A stretch of 64,000 nucleotides of DNA from Candidatus Hadarchaeota archaeon (GTDB lineage: Archaea > Hadarchaeota > Hadarchaeia > Hadarchaeales > JAWBSP01): positions 64,001-128,000 of the forward strand of contig CAYYWO010000003.1 in assembly GCA_964474885.1 (NCBI GenBank), in the 5' to 3' direction. Positions within the stretch are counted from its first letter, which is position 1, and every line of letters starts with the position of its first letter. The notes below the pieces were generated by a model, which had not been told where the DNA came from, did no database searches, and saw nothing but the letters and a program-made list of their open reading frames with translations. The position numbers and the translations under genes are program-made. Positions 1-7,838 of this stretch are shown here, piece by piece.

Positions 1-243
1 GATCAAGCGGGGAAGATAGCCCTTGCAGGCCCCTTCATGAACGTGTTGCTAGCAGCCATCTTTTACCCCCTTGGCTCCCTGCTGGGGGAGCTGGCTCTCC
101 AGGGTTTCTACATAAACCTGTGGCTGGCCGTCTTCAACCTCCTCCCCTTCCCCCCTCTGGACGGCTACAAGGTCTTTCACTGGAGCCCCTTGCTGTGGGC
201 ACTCGTCGAAATACCCCTCCTTTCACTACTCTTCCTCAGCTAG
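1..243 (+). CDS. Site-2 protease (M50 family) membrane metalloprotease, 3' part
   Basis: Frame is open from the window edge; IALAGP..N and FNLLPFPPLDG match the C-terminal NxxPxxxxDG motif of M50 peptidases. Confidence 0.85.
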   Translation, partial: DQAGKIALAGPFMNVLLAAIFYPLGSLLGELALQGFYINLWLAVFNLLPFPPLDGYKVFHWSPLLWALVEIPLLSLLFLS

Positions 244-1842
244 CTTCCTGATTTGATCCAGAGTGTCGGCTTCTTCCGGTTTTTTATCCTCTCTTATGCT
301 CTTTATCCTCGCGAAGCGGAGGGCCATCCCGCAGGGGTATTTGGGGCTCCTCTGGACCTGATTGAAGGATACCTCCACCACCACCTCAGGCCGAACCCAG
401 ACGGTCCTCCCCTGACTGGAGATCTCCAGTTGCTTCAGCCTCCGGGTCATGTGCTCCAGCTCCTGGTCGGTTAGCCCTTTGAACGTCTTCCCCACCACCT
501 CGAACTTCCCGGTTTTCGGATCCAGGGCTGCCAGGTAGTAATCAGAGAGGAACTTGGCCCTCCTTCCATGTCCCCATTCAGCTCCCACCACCACGAGATC
601 CAGCGTGAGGGTCTTCTTGACCTTTAGCCAGCACTTTTCCCTCCTCCCCGGCACGTAGGGGCTGGAGGGATGTTTGGCCATGACCCCCTCGTGACCAGCA
701 TCTAAGGCCTGCTTTAAGAAGTCCTCCGCATCTCCGAGATCCAGGCACAGACGGTTAACGATTACATGATCCCCTGCGACCTCCTCCAGTTTGGATCTCC
801 TCTCGGAGTAAGGGAGCTCGAGCAGAGACTTTCCCTCTAAAAACAAGATATCGAAGAACCAGAGCCGGAGGGGTACCTCCTCCCTCAGCTTCCTGATCTC
901 CCTCTCCCTCCTGAACCTGCGGAGCAGGAACTGAAAGGGCAATGGTTTTCCTTCCCTCAGCGCCACGACCTCTCCCTCCAGGATTCCCTCCTTAAGCTCC
1001 AGCTCCCTGCACTGCTCCACAACCTCCGGCATGCTTTGGGTGACATCCTTCGGCCCCCTGCTGAAGATCCTCACCTGGTCGAGTTTTTTATGGACTTGGA
1101 CCCTGGCCCCGTCCAGCTTGAACTCTAGGTAGGTCCGTCCCTGGTGCTCATGCAAGACTTCTTTCAAGTCTTGGGCCTGGTGTGCCAGCATGGGCTGTAT
1201 GGGTCTGAAGACCTTGAGGTGGAAGCTGGACAGGTCCCTGCCGCAAGCTAGGGCCTCAGAGACCTCAGCCAGGCTCGTCAAGCTCCACGCCAGGTGCAGC
1301 TGCTTTGGATCCACCGAGTAGGCCTTCGCCAGGGCGGGCAACAGTAGACCCTCACTGAACCCCATCCTCATTTCCCCGATCAGGAGCTTCGTGAGCAGCC
1401 TGGACTCCGCGGGGGAGCATCTGAGGAACAGACCCTCGATTATCTTCCGCTTCCTGCTGACGGAGGACTCACCAGATATTTCCGTGACTTTTTGGATGGA
1501 ATCCCAAACCTCCAAAATGGCGAGGGGGCGGGTATCTAGAGACCTGAAGAGAATGCCCTTCTTATCTAGTAGCCTGTAAACGGCCTCCCCAAGGTCTCCA
1601 GTTTCTTGGAAGAGGCGGAAAAGCTCCTCCTCCCTCGCACCTGTCACTTCAAGTACGATGTGCTTGAGGGTGGACCATCCCACGCCGAGCTGCGGAACCT
1701 GCCCGGCTAGCATGCAGGCGGCAGGTTTCACCTCCTTAGGCTCCAAATTCTTGAAGAATTCGGCAACGAGGTTTATCATTTCCTTTCTGCTGTGCATTTT
1801 TTCCAAGTTTAAGCAGAGCTCGGCTAGCCTGCTAAACTCCAT
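226..1842 (-). CDS. lig: ATP-dependent DNA ligase
   Basis: Motif I EFKLDG, EGE, EGVMAK, WLKVK and LRFAR; start placed at ATG of MEFSRL. Confidence 0.95.
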   Translation of the reverse strand: MEFSRLAELCLNLEKMHSRKEMINLVAEFFKNLEPKEVKPAACMLAGQVPQLGVGWSTLKHIVLEVTGAREEELFRLFQETGDLGEAVYRLLDKKGILFRSLDTRPLAILEVWDSIQKVTEISGESSVSRKRKIIEGLFLRCSPAESRLLTKLLIGEMRMGFSEGLLLPALAKAYSVDPKQLHLAWSLTSLAEVSEALACGRDLSSFHLKVFRPIQPMLAHQAQDLKEVLHEHQGRTYLEFKLDGARVQVHKKLDQVRIFSRGPKDVTQSMPEVVEQCRELELKEGILEGEVVALREGKPLPFQFLLRRFRREREIRKLREEVPLRLWFFDILFLEGKSLLELPYSERRSKLEEVAGDHVIVNRLCLDLGDAEDFLKQALDAGHEGVMAKHPSSPYVPGRREKCWLKVKKTLTLDLVVVGAEWGHGRRAKFLSDYYLAALDPKTGKFEVVGKTFKGLTDQELEHMTRRLKQLEISSQGRTVWVRPEVVVEVSFNQVQRSPKYPCGMALRFARIKSIREDKKPEEADTLDQIRKLAEEE

Positions 1843-1954
1843 CAAATTTCTGGCGGGAAAAATCAATTACCAAGAGGCTTCAATCTCGGGGACTGTAGAG
1901 CCCTTACGATTGTGCGTGCGGATTCACTCAAGCTGAAACAGAAAAAGAAAAAAG

Positions 1955-2064
1955 CAACTGCTTATTTGTTGCAAACACTTCACGCCAAAGTGTTTATAAC
2001 CGGTAAACACTTTGGGGAACTTTTATTTGTTTATCAACTTCCTGCAAGCTGTTTATAAACACTT
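1955..2064. repeat. AT-rich array of 4 imperfect palindromic units, ~28-32 bp period (copy A)
   Basis: Units CAACTGCTTATTTGTTGCAAACACTT, CAAAGTGTTTA-TAACCGG-TAAACACTTTG (perfect 11-bp arms), AACTTTTATTTGTTTATCAACTT and AAGCTGTTTATAAACACTT; the reverse complement aligns to 10189-10290. Confidence 0.8.
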
Positions 2065-2154
2065 GTCTGCTGTCATGGTAGCTTGTTAGAGTTGCACAGT
2101 CAATCCTCAATTAACTAGGCCTGGGAGCCTCCTTTCAAGTGGACAAATCCAGAG

Positions 2155-3669
2155 CTAGCTCACTCTGATGCAATTCGCTGTGTGTGGAGGTATTATCAGC
2201 ACATCCTTCCTCACCTTGACTTTGTTCCTCTCTATCCCAACGAGATCTGGATTCGATGGAGAGTTGGCCGCCCAGGGGCCCGCCGTACCCACGGTGAACG
2301 TCTCCCGCGCTTCCTCTTTCAGTCGAATCGTGACGCTCTCGCTGTAACTGCGGTTGACGATGAACACGGAGGTTCCTCTCCTATCTTCAACCGCAGCTGC
2401 ATCGACCACGGGAGCCCGGAGCGACCGCGTCTCTATCTCGGGCGAGTTAACGCGAACCTCCAAAACAGTATCCCGCAGGTTCTCCGCATACATCCTAAAA
2501 ACGACGCCGGGAGGGGCCAGGTACGCCCCAGATTCGTGGGTCACGATCGAACCCAGAGCGTTGATCATTTGCGCGTAGTTGGCACAAAGCAGATTTTTTA
2601 TCCGGAGCAGGGAGTTCAACATACAGGCCGTATAGAGGCCCTCCGCCACCGTGTAGTTGCACCTCCGGTGCGAGGGCAGATCGTATCTGACATTCCACTC
2701 ATCCAGACAGAGGGGTACCTCCACCTCCTCCTGCACTCTGAGGAGCATGCGCTCGGTCTTTATGTTCCCTGTCACCACCCAGTAGAAGTTCTCCTCCGTG
2801 GGTTTGGGCCTCCAGTGCCAGAGCCTCATGACATCCGGAAAGTAATCGTGGATCGAGAGTGCATCGATCTCATGCCCGGCGATCTTCAGAAGCCTCCGAT
2901 TCCAGTCCTTCCAGTTCAGGGGATTAAAGAGGGGGCGCAAGGGTTCAAAAAGAGGACGGAGTAGCAAGCAGGGCAGGAGTTGCGCCCAGACACTTTCTCC
3001 CCATGGGATGCCAAGCCCGCAGGCTATGAGCTTTATGTCCGGGTCGACCCTCCGCATGGCCCTCGCGAATTTCAGGAATTTCTCGCCATATTTCTCAGGG
3101 GAGCAGGATCCCTTCTCTAGGGGCATCCACTGTTCGTTCCCGATGCACCACAGCTTCACACCCCATGGCTCTCTCCTCCCCATGGAAGCCCTGACCCTGC
3201 CCCACCTAGTGCTGGGATCCCCATTGCAGAACTCCACCCACTCAGCAGCTTCCTCAGGGGTACCGGTTCCAGCGTTCACCGTAAGCATCGGTTCGGCCCC
3301 AACAGCTTCACAGAACATGAGGAACTCTTGGGTTCCGAACTGATAGCTCTCCGGCTTGCCTATCCCGGATCCTGACCACCTCCAGTAGTAATTCGGCTTG
3401 ACGGGCCTGGACTTCCTGGGACCAATCCCAAACTTCCAGTGGTAGTAATCGGCGGCACACCCACCCGGGAAGCGGATGACCTGCGGCCTGATGGACTTGA
3501 CAAGTTCGAGCACGTCCTTCCTGATCCCGCCCAGCCACAGGTTTGAGGGGGGCTGGCTTGGGTCCCAAATCCCGCCGTAGATGTTGTCCCCTAGGTTCTC
3601 CACGAAGTGTCCCAGTATCATGGGGGTTTTCCACAACCTGCCTCCCAGCTGGATCTTAGCCTCGATCAT
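2155..3669 (-). CDS. Glycoside hydrolase family 51 (alpha-L-arabinofuranosidase-like)
   Basis: GHFVE..IYGG, RFPGGC, FGTQEF, WCIGNE (acid/base) and LDEWN (nucleophile); start placed at MIEAK overlapping the upstream stop region. Confidence 0.92.
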   Translation of the reverse strand: MIEAKIQLGGRLWKTPMILGHFVENLGDNIYGGIWDPSQPPSNLWLGGIRKDVLELVKSIRPQVIRFPGGCAADYYHWKFGIGPRKSRPVKPNYYWRWSGSGIGKPESYQFGTQEFLMFCEAVGAEPMLTVNAGTGTPEEAAEWVEFCNGDPSTRWGRVRASMGRREPWGVKLWCIGNEQWMPLEKGSCSPEKYGEKFLKFARAMRRVDPDIKLIACGLGIPWGESVWAQLLPCLLLRPLFEPLRPLFNPLNWKDWNRRLLKIAGHEIDALSIHDYFPDVMRLWHWRPKPTEENFYWVVTGNIKTERMLLRVQEEVEVPLCLDEWNVRYDLPSHRRCNYTVAEGLYTACMLNSLLRIKNLLCANYAQMINALGSIVTHESGAYLAPPGVVFRMYAENLRDTVLEVRVNSPEIETRSLRAPVVDAAAVEDRRGTSVFIVNRSYSESVTIRLKEEARETFTVGTAGPWAANSPSNPDLVGIERNKVKVRKDVLIIPPHTANCIRVS

Positions 3670-4258
3670 GTACTTCCCGGAAACTTTCGAAGGAGGAGAA
3701 GATTCTCCACCTCCCCTTGGTTGCGAGCGGGAGGAGAAAGGACCAGACGTACCATTGGCTCCTGTGGAACATGATTGCGCGCATCTTCTCTTTCCTGAAA
3801 GCACGTATGTCCACGCGGAGGTTCGGTCGAAGCGAGTGGTAGAGCCTGACTGGGCGGAAGCTCAGGGAAAGCTTCCCGACGAACAGGTGGTCCGGATGCA
3901 GGTAGTATGGGGTCTCGGGCTCAGGGGCGTAGATGAGATCGGGGGACTCCCTCCGGACGGACCGAACTATGGGCTGACCATCGTCCCGCTTCAGCTCCCC
4001 GTCCATCAACCCCAGAGGCCTTATCTCAATGTTGAGGAAGCGGGCGGCCGATTCGGCCTCCGCCCTCCTCCTTTTTCCGACATCCTTAAGGGGTTTTCCA
4101 CCTGAAAGAGAGACTGCAAAATTCTCCGGGCACCCCTTCTGTCCATCGGTCACCAAGATTTCAACGACCTCATCCCCCCGGGCCAGATGCTTGAGCACCG
4201 TGCCCCCGACGAACAGTTCTAAATCGTCTGGATGAGGGGAGAGGACCACAACTTTCAT
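3656..4258 (-). CDS. PIG-L/LmbE family de-N-acetylase
   Basis: SPHPDD, TDG, R..E and HPDH motifs; C-terminal HRSQ. Confidence 0.9.
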   Translation of the reverse strand: MKVVVLSPHPDDLELFVGGTVLKHLARGDEVVEILVTDGQKGCPENFAVSLSGGKPLKDVGKRRRAEAESAARFLNIEIRPLGLMDGELKRDDGQPIVRSVRRESPDLIYAPEPETPYYLHPDHLFVGKLSLSFRPVRLYHSLRPNLRVDIRAFRKEKMRAIMFHRSQWYVWSFLLPLATKGRWRIFSSFESFREVHDRG

Positions 4259-4283
4259 TCACTAGTCTGACGAAAGTTTGATA

Positions 4284-4487
4284 ATGGGAGCAGTGATAGG
4301 AGGACAAAATCTCCTGAAAGGGAGGAGGAAAGCCCTGGCGGAGGCGGCCAGGGATTTGGGCCCGGATCAGCTGAAGAGGGTGGAGGAGCTCCTAAAAAGC
4401 TGGAGCGATGAGAACAGAGCGGAGCTGACCAAGCTCTTGGGGCCGGACCGGGCGAAGCGTCTACTCAGAGACTTGGGGATCGTTTGA
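4284..4487 (+). CDS. Small hypothetical helical protein
   Basis: Fills the gap between two minus-strand genes with host-like codon usage; no recognised motif. Confidence 0.5.
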   Translation: MGAVIGGQNLLKGRRKALAEAARDLGPDQLKRVEELLKSWSDENRAELTKLLGPDRAKRLLRDLGIV

Positions 4488-5112
4488 GCAGGCGCATCCT
4501 CCTGACGAGTAGGAACTTGACCTCCTCCCAAGGGGAGAAGAGGCGGGCCGGGCCTATTCTGGTTCTGCCCTTCCTGATGGCCTCGAGGACGCCTTCCATG
4601 CTAGATGCCTCAACGAGGGTGTAGGCTCTCCCCAGAGTCTCTAGGAGGTGGGCATCGGATCCGGCGGTCATGGGTTTCCCCAGCTCTCTGCAGACCTGTA
4701 GAGCCCTCGCGTTCCTGGAAAAGATGTGGGGATTGAGGACCTCGATGGCATCCAAGTCCAGGCGCCTTATAGCGTCCTTCAGACTGGATCTGCCCACTGC
4801 ATACGGATGAGCGGCCACGGCGATGCCTCCCTTCTCGTGTATCAGCTCGACGGTTTCCTCCGGGGACAGACCAGCTGGTATGTCCTCCACCACGCCGAGA
4901 CCTAGGATGTCCCCTTTTGCGGAGCGCACCTCAATCCCGGGTAGCACGAAGTCCTTGTCGATTTTTCTCCCGACTAAGCTCCCCCGAACGGTATTGTGAT
5001 CTGTTATGGCTATGCCGTCTAGCCCGATTTTCCTCCCCCACCTGATGAGTTCCTTGGGAGTGGGGATGGCATCCTCCGAGTAGACTGAGTGGACGTGCAG
5101 GTCGATCTTCAT
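4465..5112 (-). CDS. PHP-domain metal-dependent phosphoesterase
   Basis: DLHVHS, ITDHN, GIE, AHP and GSDAH motifs. Confidence 0.92.
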   Translation of the reverse strand: MKIDLHVHSVYSEDAIPTPKELIRWGRKIGLDGIAITDHNTVRGSLVGRKIDKDFVLPGIEVRSAKGDILGLGVVEDIPAGLSPEETVELIHEKGGIAVAAHPYAVGRSSLKDAIRRLDLDAIEVLNPHIFSRNARALQVCRELGKPMTAGSDAHLLETLGRAYTLVEASSMEGVLEAIRKGRTRIGPARLFSPWEEVKFLLVRRMRLLKRSPSL

Positions 5113-5134
5113 ATCAAAAGCCTCGCACTAGCTT

Positions 5135-5746
5135 ATGATGGCAACCGCTGGTTTTGACGAGGCTGGCAGGGGGCCGATTCTAGGGCCGATGGTCCTCTGC
5201 GGGGTCAGCTTTGCACGTGAGGTGCTCCCGGATCTGAAAAGAGCCGGGGTGAGGGACTCCAAGCAGGTCGGCCCGAAAAAGAGAGAAGACTTAGCCAAAC
5301 TCATCCAGGGACTTGCCACAGACATCAGAGTGGTGGAGCTCTGGCCCAGGGAAATCGACGAGCTGAGGACCTGCAAGAACCTGAACGAGATAGAAGCGGA
5401 GGTCTTTGCCAGGATGATCGACGAGCTCCAGCCCGAGGTGGCATTCATAGACTCCCCCGATCCGAGACCGGAGCTCTTCCTCTTCAGAATGGAACGGTAT
5501 CTGCGCAGTAAGCCTAAATTGGTCGTGGAGAACGGAGCCGACCGAAAATACGTGGAGGTCTCGGCGGCCTCAATAGTGGCTAAAGTGACCAGGGAGGCAA
5601 GGATACAGGAACTCCACCAAAAGTACGGGGATTTTGGGTCGGGTTACCTGACGGATCCAAAAACCGTCTCCTTCTTGAAAAAATGGTTGAGGGAGAAGGG
5701 GATGTATCCGAGTTTTGCTAGGAGGTCTTGGAAATTCTCTCTGTAA
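5135..5746 (+). CDS. rnhB: Ribonuclease HII
   Basis: GFDEAGRGP, VRDSK, AASIVAKV and DFGSGY. Confidence 0.96.
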   Translation: MMATAGFDEAGRGPILGPMVLCGVSFAREVLPDLKRAGVRDSKQVGPKKREDLAKLIQGLATDIRVVELWPREIDELRTCKNLNEIEAEVFARMIDELQPEVAFIDSPDPRPELFLFRMERYLRSKPKLVVENGADRKYVEVSAASIVAKVTREARIQELHQKYGDFGSGYLTDPKTVSFLKKWLREKGMYPSFARRSWKFSL

Positions 5747-5914
5747 TAATTAGCGGCCTGCCTCTGTCCCATCCATTGAGGGCGATGATGGAGGGTGTTA
5801 CGGTGCAAAGTGCCACCAACACATCCATTACACCGTCCACATCGCCGCCTGTTAGGTGAGCCCCCCTTACCAAACTAAGTCCGTGACGCTCCAAGCCGGC
5901 AGCCCGGAAATTGA

Positions 5915-6007
5915 AGCCCCTGTCGCGCGCCGTGGTTAGCTCCGGGTCACAGCGGGGTGGTCCACCAAGGGCTTCCCGGAGGCCTGGCGGGCGCGCCTTG
6001 TGGGGCT
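5915..6007 (-). ncRNA. Single-hairpin box H/ACA-like guide RNA (paralogue of hairpin 2 of the adjacent RNA)
   Basis: GCGCGCC/GGCGCGC lower stem, internal pocket, UCCGGG/CCCGGA upper stem, UGUGA K-turn-like strand and ACA at 5923-5921; enclosed by AGCCCC/GGGGCU. Confidence 0.65.
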
Positions 6008-6028
6008 CTAAAAATTAACCGACGGATC

Positions 6029-6034
6029 AAAAAA
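6029..6034 (-). terminator. Oligo-U terminator after the three-hairpin H/ACA RNA
   Basis: T6 tract on the minus strand immediately after the closing GC stem. Confidence 0.5.
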
Positions 6035-6313
6035 GGGCCCCGCTGTCCCCCAGCACACTAACCCCGGGGCTCATAGGTTGCCTTTCCGGCGTCCTCCGCC
6101 CGGTAACCCTCGTGGTGGGGCGAGCGGGGCCAACCCCGCCTGTCACGCGCCAGGGTTGACCCGAGTTCATAGCGAGGTGGTCCACCAATTTGCTCCCCGA
6201 GGACCCATTGGCGCGCCTTCACGGCGGGGTGGCTCCAGTGTCCCCGCGACGATGCACCGGTGATCCCTTGTCACACCAGCTCTCGCTTCCCGCGGGATAT
6301 CCCCATCATCGCC
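6035..6313 (-). ncRNA. Three-hairpin box H/ACA pseudouridylation guide RNA
   Basis: Three GC-rich hairpins each end in ACA (6241-6239, 6143-6141, 6046-6044) and each has a pocket and a K-loop (GUGUGA-CAAGG-GAUCAC) or K-turn (UAUGA/GA); pocket-to-ACA distance 14-16 nt. Confidence 0.8.
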
Positions 6314-6366
6314 AACTAACTTCTTTCTCTGTCCAAAAAATGTTATTTTTTCGCTCAAGAGTTGCT

Positions 6367-6771
6367 ATGGAGGAAGACTGGGAACTTCGGCAGATAAGGT
6401 TGAAGAAGATGGGAGAGATGCTCACCCGGGAGGAGCGAGGAGCAGGGCATGAGGCCAAAGTGCACGAAATATCGGACGACGAATTCGACCGAATTGTCCA
6501 AGAAAAGGAGTACGTCCTCGTTGACTTCTGGGCACCTTGGTGCCCCCCATGTCTCATGATAGCACCGATCGTGGAAGAGCTGGCAAGGCAGTACCCGCAG
6601 GTCTTCTTTGCGAAGATAAATGTCGATCAGCACCAGAGGGTAGCCACGAGGTACGGCATCATGAGCATACCCACCCTGCTCCTGTTTAAGAGAGGCAAGC
6701 TAGTAGACCAGCAAATCGGAGCGGTCCCCAAGAGTAGGCTGGAGGAGAAGATCCGGAAGTTGCTGGGATAA
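6367..6771 (+). CDS. trxA: Thioredoxin with N-terminal helical extension
   Basis: VDFWAPWCPPC and SIPTL; start placed at MEEDWEL. Confidence 0.93.
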   Translation: MEEDWELRQIRLKKMGEMLTREERGAGHEAKVHEISDDEFDRIVQEKEYVLVDFWAPWCPPCLMIAPIVEELARQYPQVFFAKINVDQHQRVATRYGIMSIPTLLLFKRGKLVDQQIGAVPKSRLEEKIRKLLG

Positions 6772-6794
6772 TTTATCTGCTTAGAGTTTCATGG

Positions 6795-7838
6795 ATGAAA
6801 ATTGCTATCGTCTGCCCTCCCTGGATTAGAGTACCCCCTGAGGAGTACGGGGGGATAGAGTACGTTGTTTGGTTGCTGGCCGACGGCCTGGTGGATCGGG
6901 GGCATGAGGTGACCCTTTTTTCCGTGGCAGGCTCCCAGACTAAGGGTAAGCTGCGCTGGGTTTTCGAGGGACCCAGACTGGATACTCTGAAGAAAGTCTC
7001 ACCAATCTTCCTCACGGAGGCGCTGACTCATTCGATAGCGGCTTATGACGAGATAAGAAGAGGGGACTTCGATCTCGTCAGCGACCACACGTGGAAGGAG
7101 GGCTTGGCTTCTGCCCGCTTCTTGGATATCCCCGTCGTCCACACCATACACGGGCCAATGGGGGAAGAAAACAAAAGGTTCTACAGCATGTTCAGGGGGG
7201 TACCGCATATACATTTCGTCACCATAAGCAACCATCAGCGGAAGTGCTTGCCGGATTTGAATTATGCAGGGACGGTTTACAACGGCATTCGTGTCAGAGA
7301 CTTCCCCTTTTACGAGGAGAAAGAAGACTATCTCCTTTACTTGGGTAGGTTCAACCCGGAAAAGGCACCCCATTTGGCATGCGAGGCGGCAAAGAAGCTG
7401 GGGAAAAGGTTGATCTTGGCGGGGAAGGTGCGCGAGCCCGCTGAGCAGAAGTATTTCGAGGAGTTCGTCAGACCGCGTTTGGGCCCTGAGATGGTTTTCG
7501 AGGGGGAGGTTTCAGATGGAAGGAAGAAGGAGCTCCTGTCCAGAGCCTCTGCTCTCCTCGTCCCAATTCAGTGGGATGAGCCCTTTGGGATAGTCATGAT
7601 AGAGGCCATGGCTTGCGGGACTCCCGTTGTGGCCTTTGCGCGGGGGGCAGCTCCGGAACTCGTGAGGGAGGGAGAAACGGGGTACCTGGCTAAGGATTTT
7701 AAAGAGTTTGTGGAGAAAATTGGAAAAGTTGATCAGATTGAGCCAAAGAGTTGCAGGAAGTGGGTGGAGCGGCAGTTCAATGAGGATGTCATGGTTGCCA
7801 AGTACGAAGAAGTCTTCAAGAGAGTCTTGGGAAGATAA
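6795..7838 (+). CDS. GT4 family glycosyltransferase
   Basis: PP..YGGIE, GR..PEK and EPFGIVMIEAMACGTPVV. Confidence 0.93.
   Translation: MKIAIVCPPWIRVPPEEYGGIEYVVWLLADGLVDRGHEVTLFSVAGSQTKGKLRWVFEGPRLDTLKKVSPIFLTEALTHSIAAYDEIRRGDFDLVSDHTWKEGLASARFLDIPVVHTIHGPMGEENKRFYSMFRGVPHIHFVTISNHQRKCLPDLNYAGTVYNGIRVRDFPFYEEKEDYLLYLGRFNPEKAPHLACEAAKKLGKRLILAGKVREPAEQKYFEEFVRPRLGPEMVFEGEVSDGRKKELLSRASALLVPIQWDEPFGIVMIEAMACGTPVVAFARGAAPELVREGETGYLAKDFKEFVEKIGKVDQIEPKSCRKWVERQFNEDVMVAKYEEVFKRVLGR

Noticed and set aside
1955-2064. Canonical archaeal ORB origin
   Set aside because: No ORB consensus with G-string and no orc1/cdc6 in the window; a non-canonical origin is not excluded
5781-5850. Fluoride riboswitch or C/D box RNA suggested by GGCGATGATGG
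   Set aside because: Lacks the downstream riboswitch pseudoknot elements and a properly placed CUGA D box
5750-6320. SRP RNA, RNase P RNA or 5S rRNA
   Set aside because: Only short resemblances (CCGCCAGGCC; AGCG.GGTGGTCCACC); the SRP helix-8 GGAA loop, RNase P P4 motifs and 5S CCGAAC loop are absent, and the H/ACA architecture explains the folds better
6078-6366. ORFs 6078-6263 and 6167-6358 and the long N-terminal extension of thioredoxin
   Set aside because: They overlap the structured GC-rich RNA and have low-complexity Pro/Arg/Gly translations
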